Part shown: in pieces, positions 42,528 to 53,209 of the stretch
Layout of the letters: each line of letters opens with the position of its first letter
Position numbering within the stretch: the stretch's first letter is position 1
From: Alphaproteobacteria bacterium
Lineage (GTDB): Bacteria; Pseudomonadota; Alphaproteobacteria; CALKHQ01
Assembly: GCA_965227515.1 (NCBI GenBank)
Contig: CBDDFZ010000001.1
Coordinates: 896,001 to 960,000, forward strand
Reading direction: 5' to 3'
DNA: 64,000 bases
Notes under the pieces: model-generated
What the model was told of the DNA's origin: nothing
Seen by the model: the letters and a program-made list of their open reading frames with translations, nothing else
Database searches by the model: none
Translations under genes and position numbers: made by a program

Positions 42528-43280
42528 TCAGCGCCCGCCGCTGACGTCGATGACCGCCCCGCTGACATAGGACGACCGGTCCGACAGCAGCCACATCACC
42601 GTGTCCGCCACCTCGGCGGCGGTGCCGGCGCGGCCGGCCAGCGGCACGGTCTTGGCCATCGCCTCGAACTGCGCACCCTTGCCGTAGATCTCGTGGATCT
42701 CGGTGTCGATCAGGCCGGGGCGCACCGAATTGACCCTGATGCCTTCGTGGCCCAGTTCCTTGGCGAGCCCGATGGTGAAGGCATCGACCCCGCCCTTGGT
42801 GGCGGCATAGGCGGCCATGCCCGGCAGTCCGCCGGTCTTGGCCGCGACCGACGAGATGTTGACGATGGCGCCGCCCGGCCCGCCGAGCGCGGTCGACATG
42901 CGGCGGATCGCATGCTGGGCAGCGGTGAAATAGCCGGTCAGGTTCAGTGCCCACAGGGCCGCCCAGTCGGCCGGGTCGGTGTCGGCGACCCGCGCCATCG
43001 GGCCGATCACACCGGCGTTGTTGACCAGCGCATCGAGGCGGCCGAACGCCTGGTCCACGCCCTCGAACAGCCGCGCGGCATCGTCCGGCACCGCCATGTC
43101 GGCCTGCAGCGCGACCGCCCGCCCGCCGGCGCCCTCGATCTCGCGCACCAGGGCTTCGGCGGCGGCGGCGCTGCTGTTGTAGTTGATCGCCACGGCGTAG
43201 CCGTCTACGGCCGCGGCACGCGCGACTGCCGCACCGATACCGCGGCTGGCCCCGGTGACCAGCACAACCTTTTCCGTCAT
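42528..43280 (-). CDS. SDR-family oxidoreductase
   Basis: 'TGASRGIG', 'NNAG', 'YAATK', 'RPGLIDT'. Confidence 0.9.
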   Translation of the reverse strand: MTEKVVLVTGASRGIGAAVARAAAVDGYAVAINYNSSAAAAEALVREIEGAGGRAVALQADMAVPDDAARLFEGVDQAFGRLDALVNNAGVIGPMARVADTDPADWAALWALNLTGYFTAAQHAIRRMSTALGGPGGAIVNISSVAAKTGGLPGMAAYAATKGGVDAFTIGLAKELGHEGIRVNSVRPGLIDTEIHEIYGKGAQFEAMAKTVPLAGRAGTAAEVADTVMWLLSDRSSYVSGAVIDVSGGR

Positions 43281-43420
43281 CTTGAATTCCCCCTTTTCCG
43301 GCGCTTGCCGCCCCGCGAGACGCGCAATGTCACATCTGCCTGCTTGTGCTGGCACCCGGCATCATTCGTCGCTATCGTCCCCCACCAATAACAACGATCC
43401 GTGCAGGAGGGGAGTTCGGA

Positions 43421-44194
43421 ATGCGCCTTCAGGACAAGGTAGCGATCGTCACCGGGGGCGCCCGGGGAATCGGGCGGGCGATCGCCGAGGGCTATGCGCG
43501 CGAGGGCGCGACGGTCGCGGTTTGCGACGTGCTGACCGCCGCGGCGGAAGCGACCGCGGAGGAGATGGGCGGCAAGGCGTTTGCCGTGGCGGTGGACGTG
43601 ACCGACCAGGAGTCGATCGACGCCATGGTCGCCAAGGTTATGGAAAAATGCGGCCGCATCGACTTGCTGGTCAACAATGCCGCCGTGTTCGACCTGGCGC
43701 CGCTGGAGGACATCACCCAGCGCAGCTACGACCGGGTTTTCGACGTCAACGTCAAGGGGCTGTTATTCGTCACCCAGGCCGTGGTGGCCAAGATGCGCGA
43801 GGGCGGCCATGGCGGCAAGATCGTCAACATGGCGAGCCAGGCCGGCCGGCGCGGCGAGCCGCTGGTGGCGGTCTACTGCGCCAGCAAGGCGGCGGTGATC
43901 AGCCTCACCCAGTCGCTCGGGCTCAACCTGATCAAGGACAAGATCTACGTCAACGGGATCGCGCCGGGCGTGCACGACACCGACATGTGGGAAGAGGTCG
44001 ACGCCCTGTTCGCCCGCTATGAGGGCCTGGAGATCAAGGAGAAGTTCCGCCAGGTCGAGGCGGCGCTGCCGATCGGGCGCTTCGGCACCGCGGAAGACCT
44101 GGTCGGCGCCGCGATCTTCCTGGCGTCGTCCGAAAGCGACTACGTCGTCGGCCAGACCATAGACGTCAACGGCGGCAACTGGGTGTCGGGGTAG
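43421..44194 (+). CDS. SDR sorbitol/L-iditol dehydrogenase-like
   Basis: 'TGGARGIG', 'NMASQAGRRGE.LV.VYCASKAAVISLTQS'. Confidence 0.85.
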   Translation: MRLQDKVAIVTGGARGIGRAIAEGYAREGATVAVCDVLTAAAEATAEEMGGKAFAVAVDVTDQESIDAMVAKVMEKCGRIDLLVNNAAVFDLAPLEDITQRSYDRVFDVNVKGLLFVTQAVVAKMREGGHGGKIVNMASQAGRRGEPLVAVYCASKAAVISLTQSLGLNLIKDKIYVNGIAPGVHDTDMWEEVDALFARYEGLEIKEKFRQVEAALPIGRFGTAEDLVGAAIFLASSESDYVVGQTIDVNGGNWVSG

Positions 44195-44212
44195 GGAAAG
44201 CCGCCCCTCGCC

Positions 44213-45427
44213 ATGGCCATCGCCACCACCGCAACCGTGATCGACGACACGCGCGCCAAGCGCAATGTCGGGGTGTTGTTCCTCACCCATGCCATCCTGG
44301 GCGCCCAGATGCCGATCCACATCATCCTGGGCGGGCTGGCCGGTGCCCTGTTGGCGCCGGACCCGGCGCTGGCGACCCTGCCGATCTCGTTCACGGTCCT
44401 GGCGTCGATGTTCACCGCGGCACCGGCATCGCTGTTCATGGGGCGGTTCGGCAGGCGGACCGGGTTCCTCACTGGGGCGCTGGCCGCGTCGCTCGGCGGC
44501 GCCTGTTGCATGGCAGGCCTGTTCCTGGGCAGCTTCGAGCTGTTCCTTGCCGGCAGCGCGCTGCTCGGCATCTACCAGTCGTTCCAGGGCTATTACCGGT
44601 TCGCCGCCGCCGACACCGCGTCGCAGGCGTTCAAGCCGAAAGCGATTTCCTGGGTGCTGGCCGGCGGCCTGATCGCTGCCCTGCTGGGGCCGGAGATCGC
44701 CCAGAACACACGCGACTACCTGACGCCGGTGCCCTATGCGGGCGCCTATGGCGCCACCCTGCTGGTCAACATCGTCGGCGCCGTGGTCCTGCTGTTCCTC
44801 GATATCCCGACGCCGCCGCGCCGCGTGCGCGGCACCAGCACCGGCCGGCCGCTGGGCGTCATCCTGCGCCAGCCGAAGGTCGCGGTCGCCATCATCTGCG
44901 GCATGGTCAGCTTCGCGCTGATGAGCCTGGTGATGACCTCGACATCGCTGGCCATGGTGGGCTGCGGCTTCTCGCCCGACGATGCCGCCGATGTCGTGCG
45001 CTGGCACGCGTTCGCGATGTTCGCGCCCAGCTTCTTCACCGGCTCCATCATCGCCCGCTTCGGCCAGATCAAGGTGATGTCGGTCGGCCTGGTGCTGCTC
45101 GCCGGTTGCGGCGCCGTCGCGCTGAGCGGTGTCGACCTGACCCAGTTCTACGTCGCGCTGATCCTGCTCGGGCTCGGCTGGAACTTCGGCTTCATCGGCG
45201 CGACCAGCCTGCTGGCGAGCGCGCATGAGCCCGAGGAGCAGGCCAAGGTGCAGGGCCTGAACGACTTCCTGGTGTTCGGCCTGGTCTCGGTGGCCTCTTT
45301 CAGCTCCGGCGCGCTGCTCGACGCCCATGGCTGGGACGTGGTGCAGTATGCGATGGCGCCGGCCCTGGTGCTGGCCGGCGGCGCCATCGTCTGGCTGGTG
45401 CTGCGCGGACACCACCGCGCGGCGTGA
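44213..45427 (+). CDS. MFS transporter
   Basis: About 12 TM segments, 'GRFGRR', 'YRFAAAD', 'WHAFAMFAPSFFTG'. Confidence 0.88.
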   Translation: MAIATTATVIDDTRAKRNVGVLFLTHAILGAQMPIHIILGGLAGALLAPDPALATLPISFTVLASMFTAAPASLFMGRFGRRTGFLTGALAASLGGACCMAGLFLGSFELFLAGSALLGIYQSFQGYYRFAAADTASQAFKPKAISWVLAGGLIAALLGPEIAQNTRDYLTPVPYAGAYGATLLVNIVGAVVLLFLDIPTPPRRVRGTSTGRPLGVILRQPKVAVAIICGMVSFALMSLVMTSTSLAMVGCGFSPDDAADVVRWHAFAMFAPSFFTGSIIARFGQIKVMSVGLVLLAGCGAVALSGVDLTQFYVALILLGLGWNFGFIGATSLLASAHEPEEQAKVQGLNDFLVFGLVSVASFSSGALLDAHGWDVVQYAMAPALVLAGGAIVWLVLRGHHRAA

Positions 45428-45509
45428 GACGGGGCGTCTCCGGGAAACAGGCCTGCTTCGGCACCGCCAATTGACGACAGTTGCTTGCAGACCTGAGCCC
45501 ACCAACCAT

Positions 45510-45540
45510 CGTCGCCCTCGCCACAAGGGCGAGGACGACG
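45510..45540. repeat. Collapsed single-hairpin copy of family A
   Basis: cgtcgccctcgccacaagggcgaggacgacg between convergent genes. Confidence 0.75.
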
Positions 45541-45551
45541 CATAGTTCTGG

Positions 45552-46079
45552 CTACTCGGCGGCGGCGGCCGCGACGGGCTGGATCTCGATATCCAGGTTG
45601 ACCGGCACCGGCTTGGTCAGGATGTCCAGCACCGGGCAGTGGGCGTTGACCGCGCCGCGCAGCATCTCGAGCTGCTCGGGCGATGCGCTGGACTGCAACG
45701 TCACCGTGCCGTGGATGCCCTGGTAGCCCGGCCTGACGCTGTCGTCGACGGCGAAGAAGCCGCGCAGGTCGATGTCGCCGTCGAGCTTGACCGAGACCTG
45801 TTCCAACGGAATGCCGAGCGCGGTCGCATAGGCGCGGTAGGTGATCTCCTGACAGGTGCCGAGGGCCGCCAGCACCAGTTCCACCGGGTTCGGCCCCTTG
45901 TCCGTGCCGCCCAGCATCTCCGGCTCGTCGACCTCGACCGCGTGGTCGCGCATGGCCGCGCGGGTGTGCAGGCCCTCCTGCAACGCCGACGCCGATGAGA
46001 ACGTCACCTTCGCTGCCTCGGGGTCGGCCTGGAATTTGGCCTGGGTGTCGACGATCACCTGGCGCAGTTGCTCGCTCAT
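45552..46079 (-). CDS. OsmC-family protein
   Basis: 'DEP..LGG.DKGPNPVE..LAALGTC' and 'HCPV'. Confidence 0.88.
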   Translation of the reverse strand: MSEQLRQVIVDTQAKFQADPEAAKVTFSSASALQEGLHTRAAMRDHAVEVDEPEMLGGTDKGPNPVELVLAALGTCQEITYRAYATALGIPLEQVSVKLDGDIDLRGFFAVDDSVRPGYQGIHGTVTLQSSASPEQLEMLRGAVNAHCPVLDILTKPVPVNLDIEIQPVAAAAAE

Positions 46080-46216
46080 GTTGGGTTACCTCCCTTGTCG
46101 CCCCGGCTGCTCGGGGTCTGTGCGGGGAGTTCAGGCCAACTGCGGCACGGCCTTCAACAAACGAATTCTGACGTTGGCGCGCCTCAAGTTCACAAGGCCT
46201 GAATTAACAGATCGGA

Positions 46217-47422
46217 CTACTTGTATGGATCGGCGGCGTCGCGCAGGCCATCGCCCAGGAAGTTGAACGCCAGCACGACGATGATCACCGGCACCATGGG
46301 GTAGATCAGCCACGGGTGCAGCACCACGTCGGTGAAGTTGGTCGCCTCCTTCATCAGCACGCCCCAGCTCACCGCCGGTGAGTCCAGCCCCAGGCCCAGG
46401 TAGCTAAGCGCGGTTTCGGCCAGGATCATGCCGGGGATCGACAGGCTGGCCGACGCGATCAGGTGGCTGGCGAAACTCGGCAGCAGGTGCCGCCCGATGA
46501 CCCGCGAGGGCTTGGCGCCCATCAACTGCGCCGCGGTGGCAAAGTCCTCCTCGCGCAGCGACAACAGTTTCGAGCGCACCGCGCGGGCAAGCGACGGCCA
46601 GTCCAGCAAGGCCAGGATCAGGGTGAGCCCGAAATAGATCCACACCATGTCCCAGGTCGCGGGTAGCGCCGCGGACAACGCCATCCACAATGGCAGTTGC
46701 GGGAACGAGCGCAGGATCTCGATGATCCGCTGCACCGTGCTGTCGACTAGGCCACCGTAGTAGCCGGCCAGGCCGCCGAGCACGATGCCGAGCATGAAGC
46801 TCAAGGTGATGCCGACCAGGCCGACGGTCAGCGAAATGCGCGCGCCATAGATCATGCGCGACCACACGTCCCGGCCCAGCCGGTCGGCGCCCAGCCAATA
46901 GAACACGCCATCCTCTGGCGGGCAGATGAAGTGGAAGTCCATCTCGATCAGGCCGAGCCAGAAGTACTCGTCGCCGGAGCAGAAGAAGCGCAGAGGTTGC
47001 GGGTTCGTCGTGTCCTCGCCCCAGACCGGCAGGAAGGTCTCTGTGTCGATACCCTCGTTCTTCACGCCATAGACGAACGGCCCGATGAACTCGCCCTCGT
47101 GGAACCAGTGCACGTCCATCGGCGGCAGGAAGATGTGGTCGTTGGACCGGGTCTCCAGCGCGTAGGGCGCCAGCATCTCGCTGAACAGGACCGAGAGGTA
47201 GAGGATCGCCAGCACGACGGCGGAGATGACGGCCAGCCGGTGGCGCTTGAGCTTCCACCACATCATCGTCCACTGCGACGCCATGTAGTAGCGCTGCATC
47301 TCCGGCGACATTTCGGTTTCGGCGGCCGGCTCGAACGGATCGTCGGAGACGAAGTGCGGCAGCCGGTCGGGCGGCGCGTCGCTCACCGGGCGTTCCGGGC
47401 GGCGTCCGGTCATGTCGCTCAT
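46217..47422 (-). CDS. Peptide/nickel-type ABC transporter permease (DppC-like)
   Basis: 'LGADRLGRD', 'GARISL', 'AFNFLGDGLRDA.DP'. Confidence 0.92.
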   Translation of the reverse strand: MSDMTGRRPERPVSDAPPDRLPHFVSDDPFEPAAETEMSPEMQRYYMASQWTMMWWKLKRHRLAVISAVVLAILYLSVLFSEMLAPYALETRSNDHIFLPPMDVHWFHEGEFIGPFVYGVKNEGIDTETFLPVWGEDTTNPQPLRFFCSGDEYFWLGLIEMDFHFICPPEDGVFYWLGADRLGRDVWSRMIYGARISLTVGLVGITLSFMLGIVLGGLAGYYGGLVDSTVQRIIEILRSFPQLPLWMALSAALPATWDMVWIYFGLTLILALLDWPSLARAVRSKLLSLREEDFATAAQLMGAKPSRVIGRHLLPSFASHLIASASLSIPGMILAETALSYLGLGLDSPAVSWGVLMKEATNFTDVVLHPWLIYPMVPVIIVVLAFNFLGDGLRDAADPYK

Positions 47423-48414
47423 TTGGTCTGCCCCCCGCCGAGCCGGATGCGCGGGTCGAGCACCGCGAGCAGCAGGTCGGACAGCAGCATGCCGAGCACG
47501 GTCAGCGCGGCCAGGAACATCAGGAACGAGCCGGCCAGGTACATGTCCTGCACTTGCAGCGCGCGCACCAGCATCTCGCCGGTGGTGTTCAGGCCCAGCA
47601 CGACGGAGACGATGGCCGCACCGCTGATCACCTCCGGCAGCAAATTGCCGATGTCGGCGATGAACGGGTTCAGCGCCATGCGCAGCGGGTACTTCACCAA
47701 CAGCTTGCCGCGCGGCACGCCCTTGGCGCGGGCGGTGACGACATACTGCTTCTGCAGCTCATCCAGCACATTGGCGCGCAGGCGGCGGATCATGCCGGCC
47801 GTGCCCGAGGTGCCGATGATCACAACCGGCACCCACAGGTGGGACAGGAACGAGCCGACCTTGCCCCACGACCATGGCTGGTCCCGGTACTCGTCGTCCA
47901 ACAGGCCGCCGATGTCGGTGTCGAACCACTCGTTGGCCAGATACAGCATGACGATGGCGAGCAGGAAGTTCGGGACCGCCAGTCCGAGGTAGCCGATGAA
48001 CGTCGCCAGGTAGTCGCCCGGGCTGTACTGGTAGACGGCGGAGTAGACGCCGATGGGGAACGCCACCGCCCAGATGAACAGGATGGTGAAAAAGTTCAGC
48101 AGGAAGGTGAAGAAGAAGCGGTCGCCGACCACCTCCGACACCGGGCGGCCGTAGTCGAACGAATAGCCCAGATTGCCGCGCAGCAGGTCCCACAGCCACG
48201 AGAAGTACTGCTCGATGAACGGCCGGTCGAACCCGTACTCGGCCATCAGGAAGTCGAGCTGCGCGCGCCCGGCCGGCCCCTGCGCCTCCAGCTCCGACAG
48301 CATGTTGGAGATGATGTCGCCCTCTGGCAGCTGGATAATCACGAAGATCAGGAAGCTGATGACCAGCAGGGTCGGGATCATCACCAGCAGTCGATGGGCG
48401 ACATAGCGCAGCAT
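47419..48414 (-). CDS. Peptide/nickel-type ABC transporter permease (DppB-like)
   Basis: 'GNLGYSF', 'YVVTARAKG', 'SDLLLAVLDPRIR'. Confidence 0.92.
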   Translation of the reverse strand: MLRYVAHRLLVMIPTLLVISFLIFVIIQLPEGDIISNMLSELEAQGPAGRAQLDFLMAEYGFDRPFIEQYFSWLWDLLRGNLGYSFDYGRPVSEVVGDRFFFTFLLNFFTILFIWAVAFPIGVYSAVYQYSPGDYLATFIGYLGLAVPNFLLAIVMLYLANEWFDTDIGGLLDDEYRDQPWSWGKVGSFLSHLWVPVVIIGTSGTAGMIRRLRANVLDELQKQYVVTARAKGVPRGKLLVKYPLRMALNPFIADIGNLLPEVISGAAIVSVVLGLNTTGEMLVRALQVQDMYLAGSFLMFLAALTVLGMLLSDLLLAVLDPRIRLGGGQTK

Positions 48415-48436
48415 GTCGGTCGGTTATGCCGGCTTT

Positions 48437-48677
48437 CCCTCTCCCGCGCCGCGAAGCCGCACGCGGCGCGGCCTGGGAGAGGGAGGGGCCCAGCCGCAGG
48501 CTGGGAGGGTGAGGGCATCGGCGCGGTGGTCAGCGCTCTCGCGGCGACGAAGGCGAGAAGACGTCATTGCTGCCCGCACCTCCAGGCCGATGCGCGGGGT
48601 CAAACCATTGCCCTCACCCTCCCGCAAACCTTCGGTTCGCGGGTCCCTCCCTCTCCCATCCTGCGGACGGGCGAGGG
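48437..48677. repeat. Composite palindromic repeat (CCCTCTCCC...GGGAGAGGG family) inside the ABC operon
   Basis: gggagagggagggg...gggagggtgagggc versus gccctcaccctccc...ccctccctctccc. Confidence 0.75.
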
Positions 48678-48704
48678 TAAATACGGCGAAGGCGCGTGGC
48701 GGCA

Positions 48705-50603
48705 CTATTCCATCCAGAAGGAGTCGGGGCGGTACATGCCGAACTGGGCGCCGGGGTCCCAGTTGTAGATGCCGTCCACCGGCACGTTGTGCAGGCGGTT
48801 GGACACCACCACCGGCTGCGGCACCTGATTGACGGTGCCGATGGTGAAGACGTTGTTGGTGTAGATCTCAACCATCTCCTTCCAGATCGCCGCGCGTTCC
48901 TCGCTGGAGGAGGTCTCGCCCCAGTCGAGATAGAGCTCCATCAGGCGCTCGGCTTCCGGCATGTCGACCGCCAGTCCGGCACCGCCCTTGGTCTCGTAGA
49001 ACTGGCCCCACATCGGCCACTGCCACTGGTCCTGGGTGGTCGGTGCCAGCTCCCACGGCGACATGTCGGGGGTGGGAATGCCGTTATCCAACCCGTTGAA
49101 CACCGACATGATGGTCTCGCCGGAATAGATGCGGTTGCGCAGCGCCTCGCGCTCCTGGGGCCGGATGAAGATGTTGACGCCGATGTTGCGCCAGCTCTCC
49201 GCGATCAGCTCCAGCATGTCGGAATGCTCGCTCGACTCACCGGTCGTCTCGACCACGATCACCACCGGACGGCCATCGGGCAGCAGGCGCACACCCTCGT
49301 CGTTGCGCTCGGCCAGCCCCATCTCGTCCAGCAACGCGTTTGCCGCGTCGTAGTCCAGCGTGACCCACTTGTTGGCGACCGCTTCCTCGTACAGCGGACT
49401 GGCCGGCAGGATGGTGTTGGCCCCCGGGGTCGCCATGTTGAAGAACAGGGCAGCGTTCAGGTCGTCGCGGTCCACCGCCATCGACAGCGCGCGGCGGAAG
49501 CGCACGTCGCGCAGCACTTCGCGCCACACCGGATCGGCGGCGTTCAGGTTGGGAATGATGGCCATCCGCGAGCCCTGGCCGGTCCGCCACAGGTTCATGG
49601 TGTAGTCGCGCTCGCCCTCGTTCTGCTTCAGGAGCGGCGCGTCGGTCAGCGACAGGCTGCGTGCCTGCAGGTCGCTGTCGCCGGTGGCGGTCTTGGCGGC
49701 GATCAGGTCGCCGGCGGCGATGTCGACATAGACGGTATCGATGTACGGGAGCTGGTGGCCGGCGGTGTCGATGCGGTGATAGTAGGGATTGCGGGTGAAG
49801 ACGTAGCGGTCCGACAGCTCGTCGGACTGCAGGATCCACGGCTGCAGCGTCGGCAGGTCGTCATTGTCCTGCCGGTGCAGATTGTCCAGGTCGTTGTGCA
49901 GCGAGGCCCAGGACCGGCTCTGGTTTTCCTCGACCATGGTGGCGATCTCGCCCGAATCGCCGTAGTCGATGTGGAATTGCTTCAGATAGTGGGCGGGCCG
50001 ATAGATGAACAGCGGCGAGGCGCCGGCCAGCGCGGGAATGAAGAACGGGTTCGGCGCCGGCCACGTGTAGCGCACGGTCTGTTCGTCGATCACCTCGAAC
50101 TCGGGCGGCGAGCCGCCCACCAGCATCTGCACCGGCGGGCCCGACGGCGCCAGCTCGGGGTTCAGCGCCACGTCTTCCCAATAGTAGCGGAAGTCCTCGG
50201 CGGTAAACGGCGCGCCGTCCGACCACTTATGCCCCTCGCGCAGATGCAGCGTGAAGATGCGCCCCTCCTCGACCGTCAGGTCGTCCAGGACGTCCGGCAC
50301 GATCTCCAGGTCTGGGGTGAAACCGACCAGCCGCGAATAGCCATAGACCGTCATCAGCCGGGTGTCGCGCGAGCGGCCGAACAGCATCCGCATGGTGCCG
50401 CCGTACTGGCCGGTGACCTTGCCCTCGGCCTCCATGTCCACGATCAGCGGGTTGGCCGGGATGCGGGCGTCCACCGTCGGCAGCCCGTCGATATCGATCA
50501 GCCCCTGGAAGAAGGGCGGCTCCTGCATCGTCGGCACTTGCGCTGCGGCGACTGAGATTGCGCAGGCCCCAAACAGGCTAGAAAGTAGGATCGGCTTCAT
50601 CAT
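48705..50603 (-). CDS. ABC transporter substrate-binding protein (family 5)
   Basis: Signal peptide; 'GQYGG', 'LREGHKWSDGAPFTAED', 'RNPYY', 'QLPYID', 'RFRRALS'. Confidence 0.92.
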   Translation of the reverse strand: MMKPILLSSLFGACAISVAAAQVPTMQEPPFFQGLIDIDGLPTVDARIPANPLIVDMEAEGKVTGQYGGTMRMLFGRSRDTRLMTVYGYSRLVGFTPDLEIVPDVLDDLTVEEGRIFTLHLREGHKWSDGAPFTAEDFRYYWEDVALNPELAPSGPPVQMLVGGSPPEFEVIDEQTVRYTWPAPNPFFIPALAGASPLFIYRPAHYLKQFHIDYGDSGEIATMVEENQSRSWASLHNDLDNLHRQDNDDLPTLQPWILQSDELSDRYVFTRNPYYHRIDTAGHQLPYIDTVYVDIAAGDLIAAKTATGDSDLQARSLSLTDAPLLKQNEGERDYTMNLWRTGQGSRMAIIPNLNAADPVWREVLRDVRFRRALSMAVDRDDLNAALFFNMATPGANTILPASPLYEEAVANKWVTLDYDAANALLDEMGLAERNDEGVRLLPDGRPVVIVVETTGESSEHSDMLELIAESWRNIGVNIFIRPQEREALRNRIYSGETIMSVFNGLDNGIPTPDMSPWELAPTTQDQWQWPMWGQFYETKGGAGLAVDMPEAERLMELYLDWGETSSSEERAAIWKEMVEIYTNNVFTIGTVNQVPQPVVVSNRLHNVPVDGIYNWDPGAQFGMYRPDSFWME

Positions 50604-50645
50604 CGTGGCGGCTCCGTCGGCTCATTCGAGCTTGTTTATGGACAT

Positions 50646-52565
50646 TCAGGCGGCAACTCGGGGCGGTTCAGCGGTCGCGCGCACGAAGTGTTCCTCCCCC
50701 AGGTCGATCATAGACGCAACTTCTCCGGGCGTCAGCCGGAACGGCTCCGGCCAGGCCGCGGGCACCGAGGCCTTGCCGTCCATCAGCGCCCCCAGGTCGA
50801 GCTGCGCGCGCGGGTCCGGCTCCGGCACCGCGGCCAGCAGTGCCTGGGTATAGGGATGCACCGGGTTGCGGAACAGCACATCCCGTGGCGCCATCTCCAC
50901 CAGCCGGCCGGCGCACATCACCGCGATGCGGTCGGCGATGTAGTCGACGACGGCCAGGTTGTGGGAGATGAACAGGTAGGTCAGGCCGAGCTGGCTCTGC
51001 AGGTCCTTCAGCAGGTTGAGGATCTGGGCCTGGATCGAGACGTCCAGCGCCGACACCGGCTCGTCGCAGATCAACAGGTCGGGGCGCAGCGCGAGCGCGC
51101 GGGCGATGCCGATGCGCTGGCGCTGGCCGCCGGAGAAGCTGTGCGGGTAGCGGCCGAGCCAGCGCGGGTCGAGCCCGACGAGCTGCATCAGCTCGCGCAC
51201 CATTTCGCGCCGGTGCTCGCGGTCGCCGATGCGGTGGATCACCAGCGGCTCGCTGACGATGTCGGTTACCGTCATGCGCGGGTTCAGCGAGCTGAACGGG
51301 TCCTGGAAGATGAACTGGATGCGGCGGCGGAACGCGATCAGGTCGTCGCCGGTCAGGCCCAGCACGTCGGTGGGGTCGTAGCCGCCGTGGAAGGTGATGC
51401 TGCCGGCATCGGGCGACAGCGCCCGCATGATCACCTTCGACAGCGTGGTCTTGCCGCAGCCGCTCTCGCCGACCAGGCCCAGGCACTCGCCGCGCCTGAT
51501 CTGCAGGCTGACGTCGTCGACCGCCAGCACCGAGCCGGTGGGCTTGGTCGACAACCCTGTCTTGCGGATCGAGAACGACTTGGAGATGTGGGAGACGTCG
51601 AGCAGCACCTTGCCTTCGGCGGCACCCTGGGGCGCGTCCTCGCGGGCCTGCATCAGGTGGCCGGTGGTCGGCTTGATCTCGCGCAGCGGGGTCAGCCGCT
51701 CGCCCGGTTCCATGTCGAAGCGCGGCACCGCGCGCAGCAGCGCCTTCAGGTAGGGGTGGGACGGCCGGTCGTAGATATCGTCCAGGGTGCCCGATTCCAT
51801 CACCCGGCCGTGGTACATCACCACCACCTCGTCGGCGACATTGGCGACCACCCCCAGGTCGTGGGTGATCATCAGCACCGCCATGTTCAACTCGCGCTGC
51901 AGGTCGCCGATCAGCTTCAGGATCTGGGCCTGGATAGTAACGTCGAGCGCCGTCGTGGGCTCGTCGGCGATCAGCAGCGACGGCCGGCAGACCAGCGCCA
52001 TGGCGATCATCGCGCGCTGGCGCAAGCCGCCGGAGAGCTCGAACGGATAGGTGCGGATGGCGCGCACCGGATCGGGGAAACCGACCATGTCGAGCATCTC
52101 CACCGCCAGCTCGCGCGCCGCGCCGCCGCGCACGTCGGAGTGGAGCTTGATCGCCTCGCCGATCTGGTTGCCAACGGTGTGCAGGGGCGACAGCGAGGTC
52201 ATCGGCTCCTGGAAGATGATCGAGATCGAGCCGCCGCGAATCTTGCGCATGATGCGCGATTTCGGCGACAGCGCCGCCAGGTCGACCGGGCCGCCCTGGG
52301 TCTTCGGGTCGTTGAACAGGATCTGGCCGCCGGTGATGGCGCCCGCCTTCGGCAGCAGGCCCATGATCGCCTGGCTGGTCACCGACTTGCCAGAACCGGA
52401 CTCGCCGACCAGCGCCACGGTGGTGCCGGCGCGCACCCGGAACGACACGCCGTCGAGGGCTTTGACGACGCCGGCGCGGCGCAGGTTGAACTCGACCTTC
52501 AGGTCGCGCACGCTCAGCAAGTCACTCGCGTTTGGCGTCTCGCTCACGGTTGGCGTTTCGCTCAC
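50646..52565 (-). CDS. ABC transporter ATP-binding protein with two fused NBDs
   Basis: Walker A 'GESGSGKS' and 'GESGCGKT'; 'LSGG' and 'FSGGQRQR'; GTG start overlapping the upstream stop. Confidence 0.92.
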   Translation of the reverse strand: MSETPTVSETPNASDLLSVRDLKVEFNLRRAGVVKALDGVSFRVRAGTTVALVGESGSGKSVTSQAIMGLLPKAGAITGGQILFNDPKTQGGPVDLAALSPKSRIMRKIRGGSISIIFQEPMTSLSPLHTVGNQIGEAIKLHSDVRGGAARELAVEMLDMVGFPDPVRAIRTYPFELSGGLRQRAMIAMALVCRPSLLIADEPTTALDVTIQAQILKLIGDLQRELNMAVLMITHDLGVVANVADEVVVMYHGRVMESGTLDDIYDRPSHPYLKALLRAVPRFDMEPGERLTPLREIKPTTGHLMQAREDAPQGAAEGKVLLDVSHISKSFSIRKTGLSTKPTGSVLAVDDVSLQIRRGECLGLVGESGCGKTTLSKVIMRALSPDAGSITFHGGYDPTDVLGLTGDDLIAFRRRIQFIFQDPFSSLNPRMTVTDIVSEPLVIHRIGDREHRREMVRELMQLVGLDPRWLGRYPHSFSGGQRQRIGIARALALRPDLLICDEPVSALDVSIQAQILNLLKDLQSQLGLTYLFISHNLAVVDYIADRIAVMCAGRLVEMAPRDVLFRNPVHPYTQALLAAVPEPDPRAQLDLGALMDGKASVPAAWPEPFRLTPGEVASMIDLGEEHFVRATAEPPRVAA

Positions 52566-53143
52566 TGGCGGGCCTCCACCGGCGCCTGGCCTTCGCGCTC
52601 CGCCGCCTCGGCCTGCTCGGCAGCCTCGGCGGCCATCATGTCCTTGGTCGGCACCGCGAAGCCCATCGCGGCGAAGTTGGCGCAGCTGCTCTCGCTCACC
52701 GGCAACCGGTTGGCCAGTGCGGCATTCGCGGCCTGGGCGACGATGTCGTCGAACCCGTCGAGCTGGGAGTCGATCCTGAGCGTCGCCTTGTCGTCGCGCA
52801 GCACGAGCTGCATCCAGCCGCGCTGGCGGTCGCGCCGGGTGGAGAAGTATTTCAGCTTCAGCCGCCGCAGCCGGGCCATGTCGACGCGGGTGTTCCACAG
52901 GCCATTGGCCTGGACGCCGCTGTCGTCGGTCGTGATGGTGGTCGACTGGCGAACGTAGGTGCGCACGCCGAAGGCCACGAACATCAGCGCCAGCGCGCCG
53001 AGCACGTACAGCATCGCACCGTCGGGCATCACCAGCAGCAAGGGGCCAAGGGTCAGCAGCAGGCCCACCCCGGCGCGCACGTAATCGCCCATGATGGCAC
53101 GCCGGTCGTAAGTATGTGCGGCTGGCGTGGCGAGATCGGCCAT
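52562..53143 (-). CDS. Hypothetical membrane protein (two TMs plus soluble domain)
   Basis: Hydrophobic hairpin followed by '[14 protein letters not shown]'; lies within the operon. Confidence 0.65.
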   Translation of the reverse strand: MADLATPAAHTYDRRAIMGDYVRAGVGLLLTLGPLLLVMPDGAMLYVLGALALMFVAFGVRTYVRQSTTITTDDSGVQANGLWNTRVDMARLRRLKLKYFSTRRDRQRGWMQLVLRDDKATLRIDSQLDGFDDIVAQAANAALANRLPVSESSCANFAAMGFAVPTKDMMAAEAAEQAEAAEREGQAPVEARQ

Positions 53144-53149
53144 TAGGTC

Positions 53150-53209
53150 CCCAAGAAGCGCCGGCTCAAGAAACGCCCGCTCAAGAAACACCCACTCAAG
53201 AAACACCGG
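53150..53209. repeat. 15-bp tandem repeat, 4 copies
   Basis: cccaagaagcgccgg ctcaagaaacgcccg ctcaagaaacaccca ctcaagaaacaccgg. Confidence 0.8.

Noticed and set aside
53150-53209. Short repeats as a possible mini-CRISPR
   Set aside because: 15-bp head-to-tail units without spacers; no cas genes in the window
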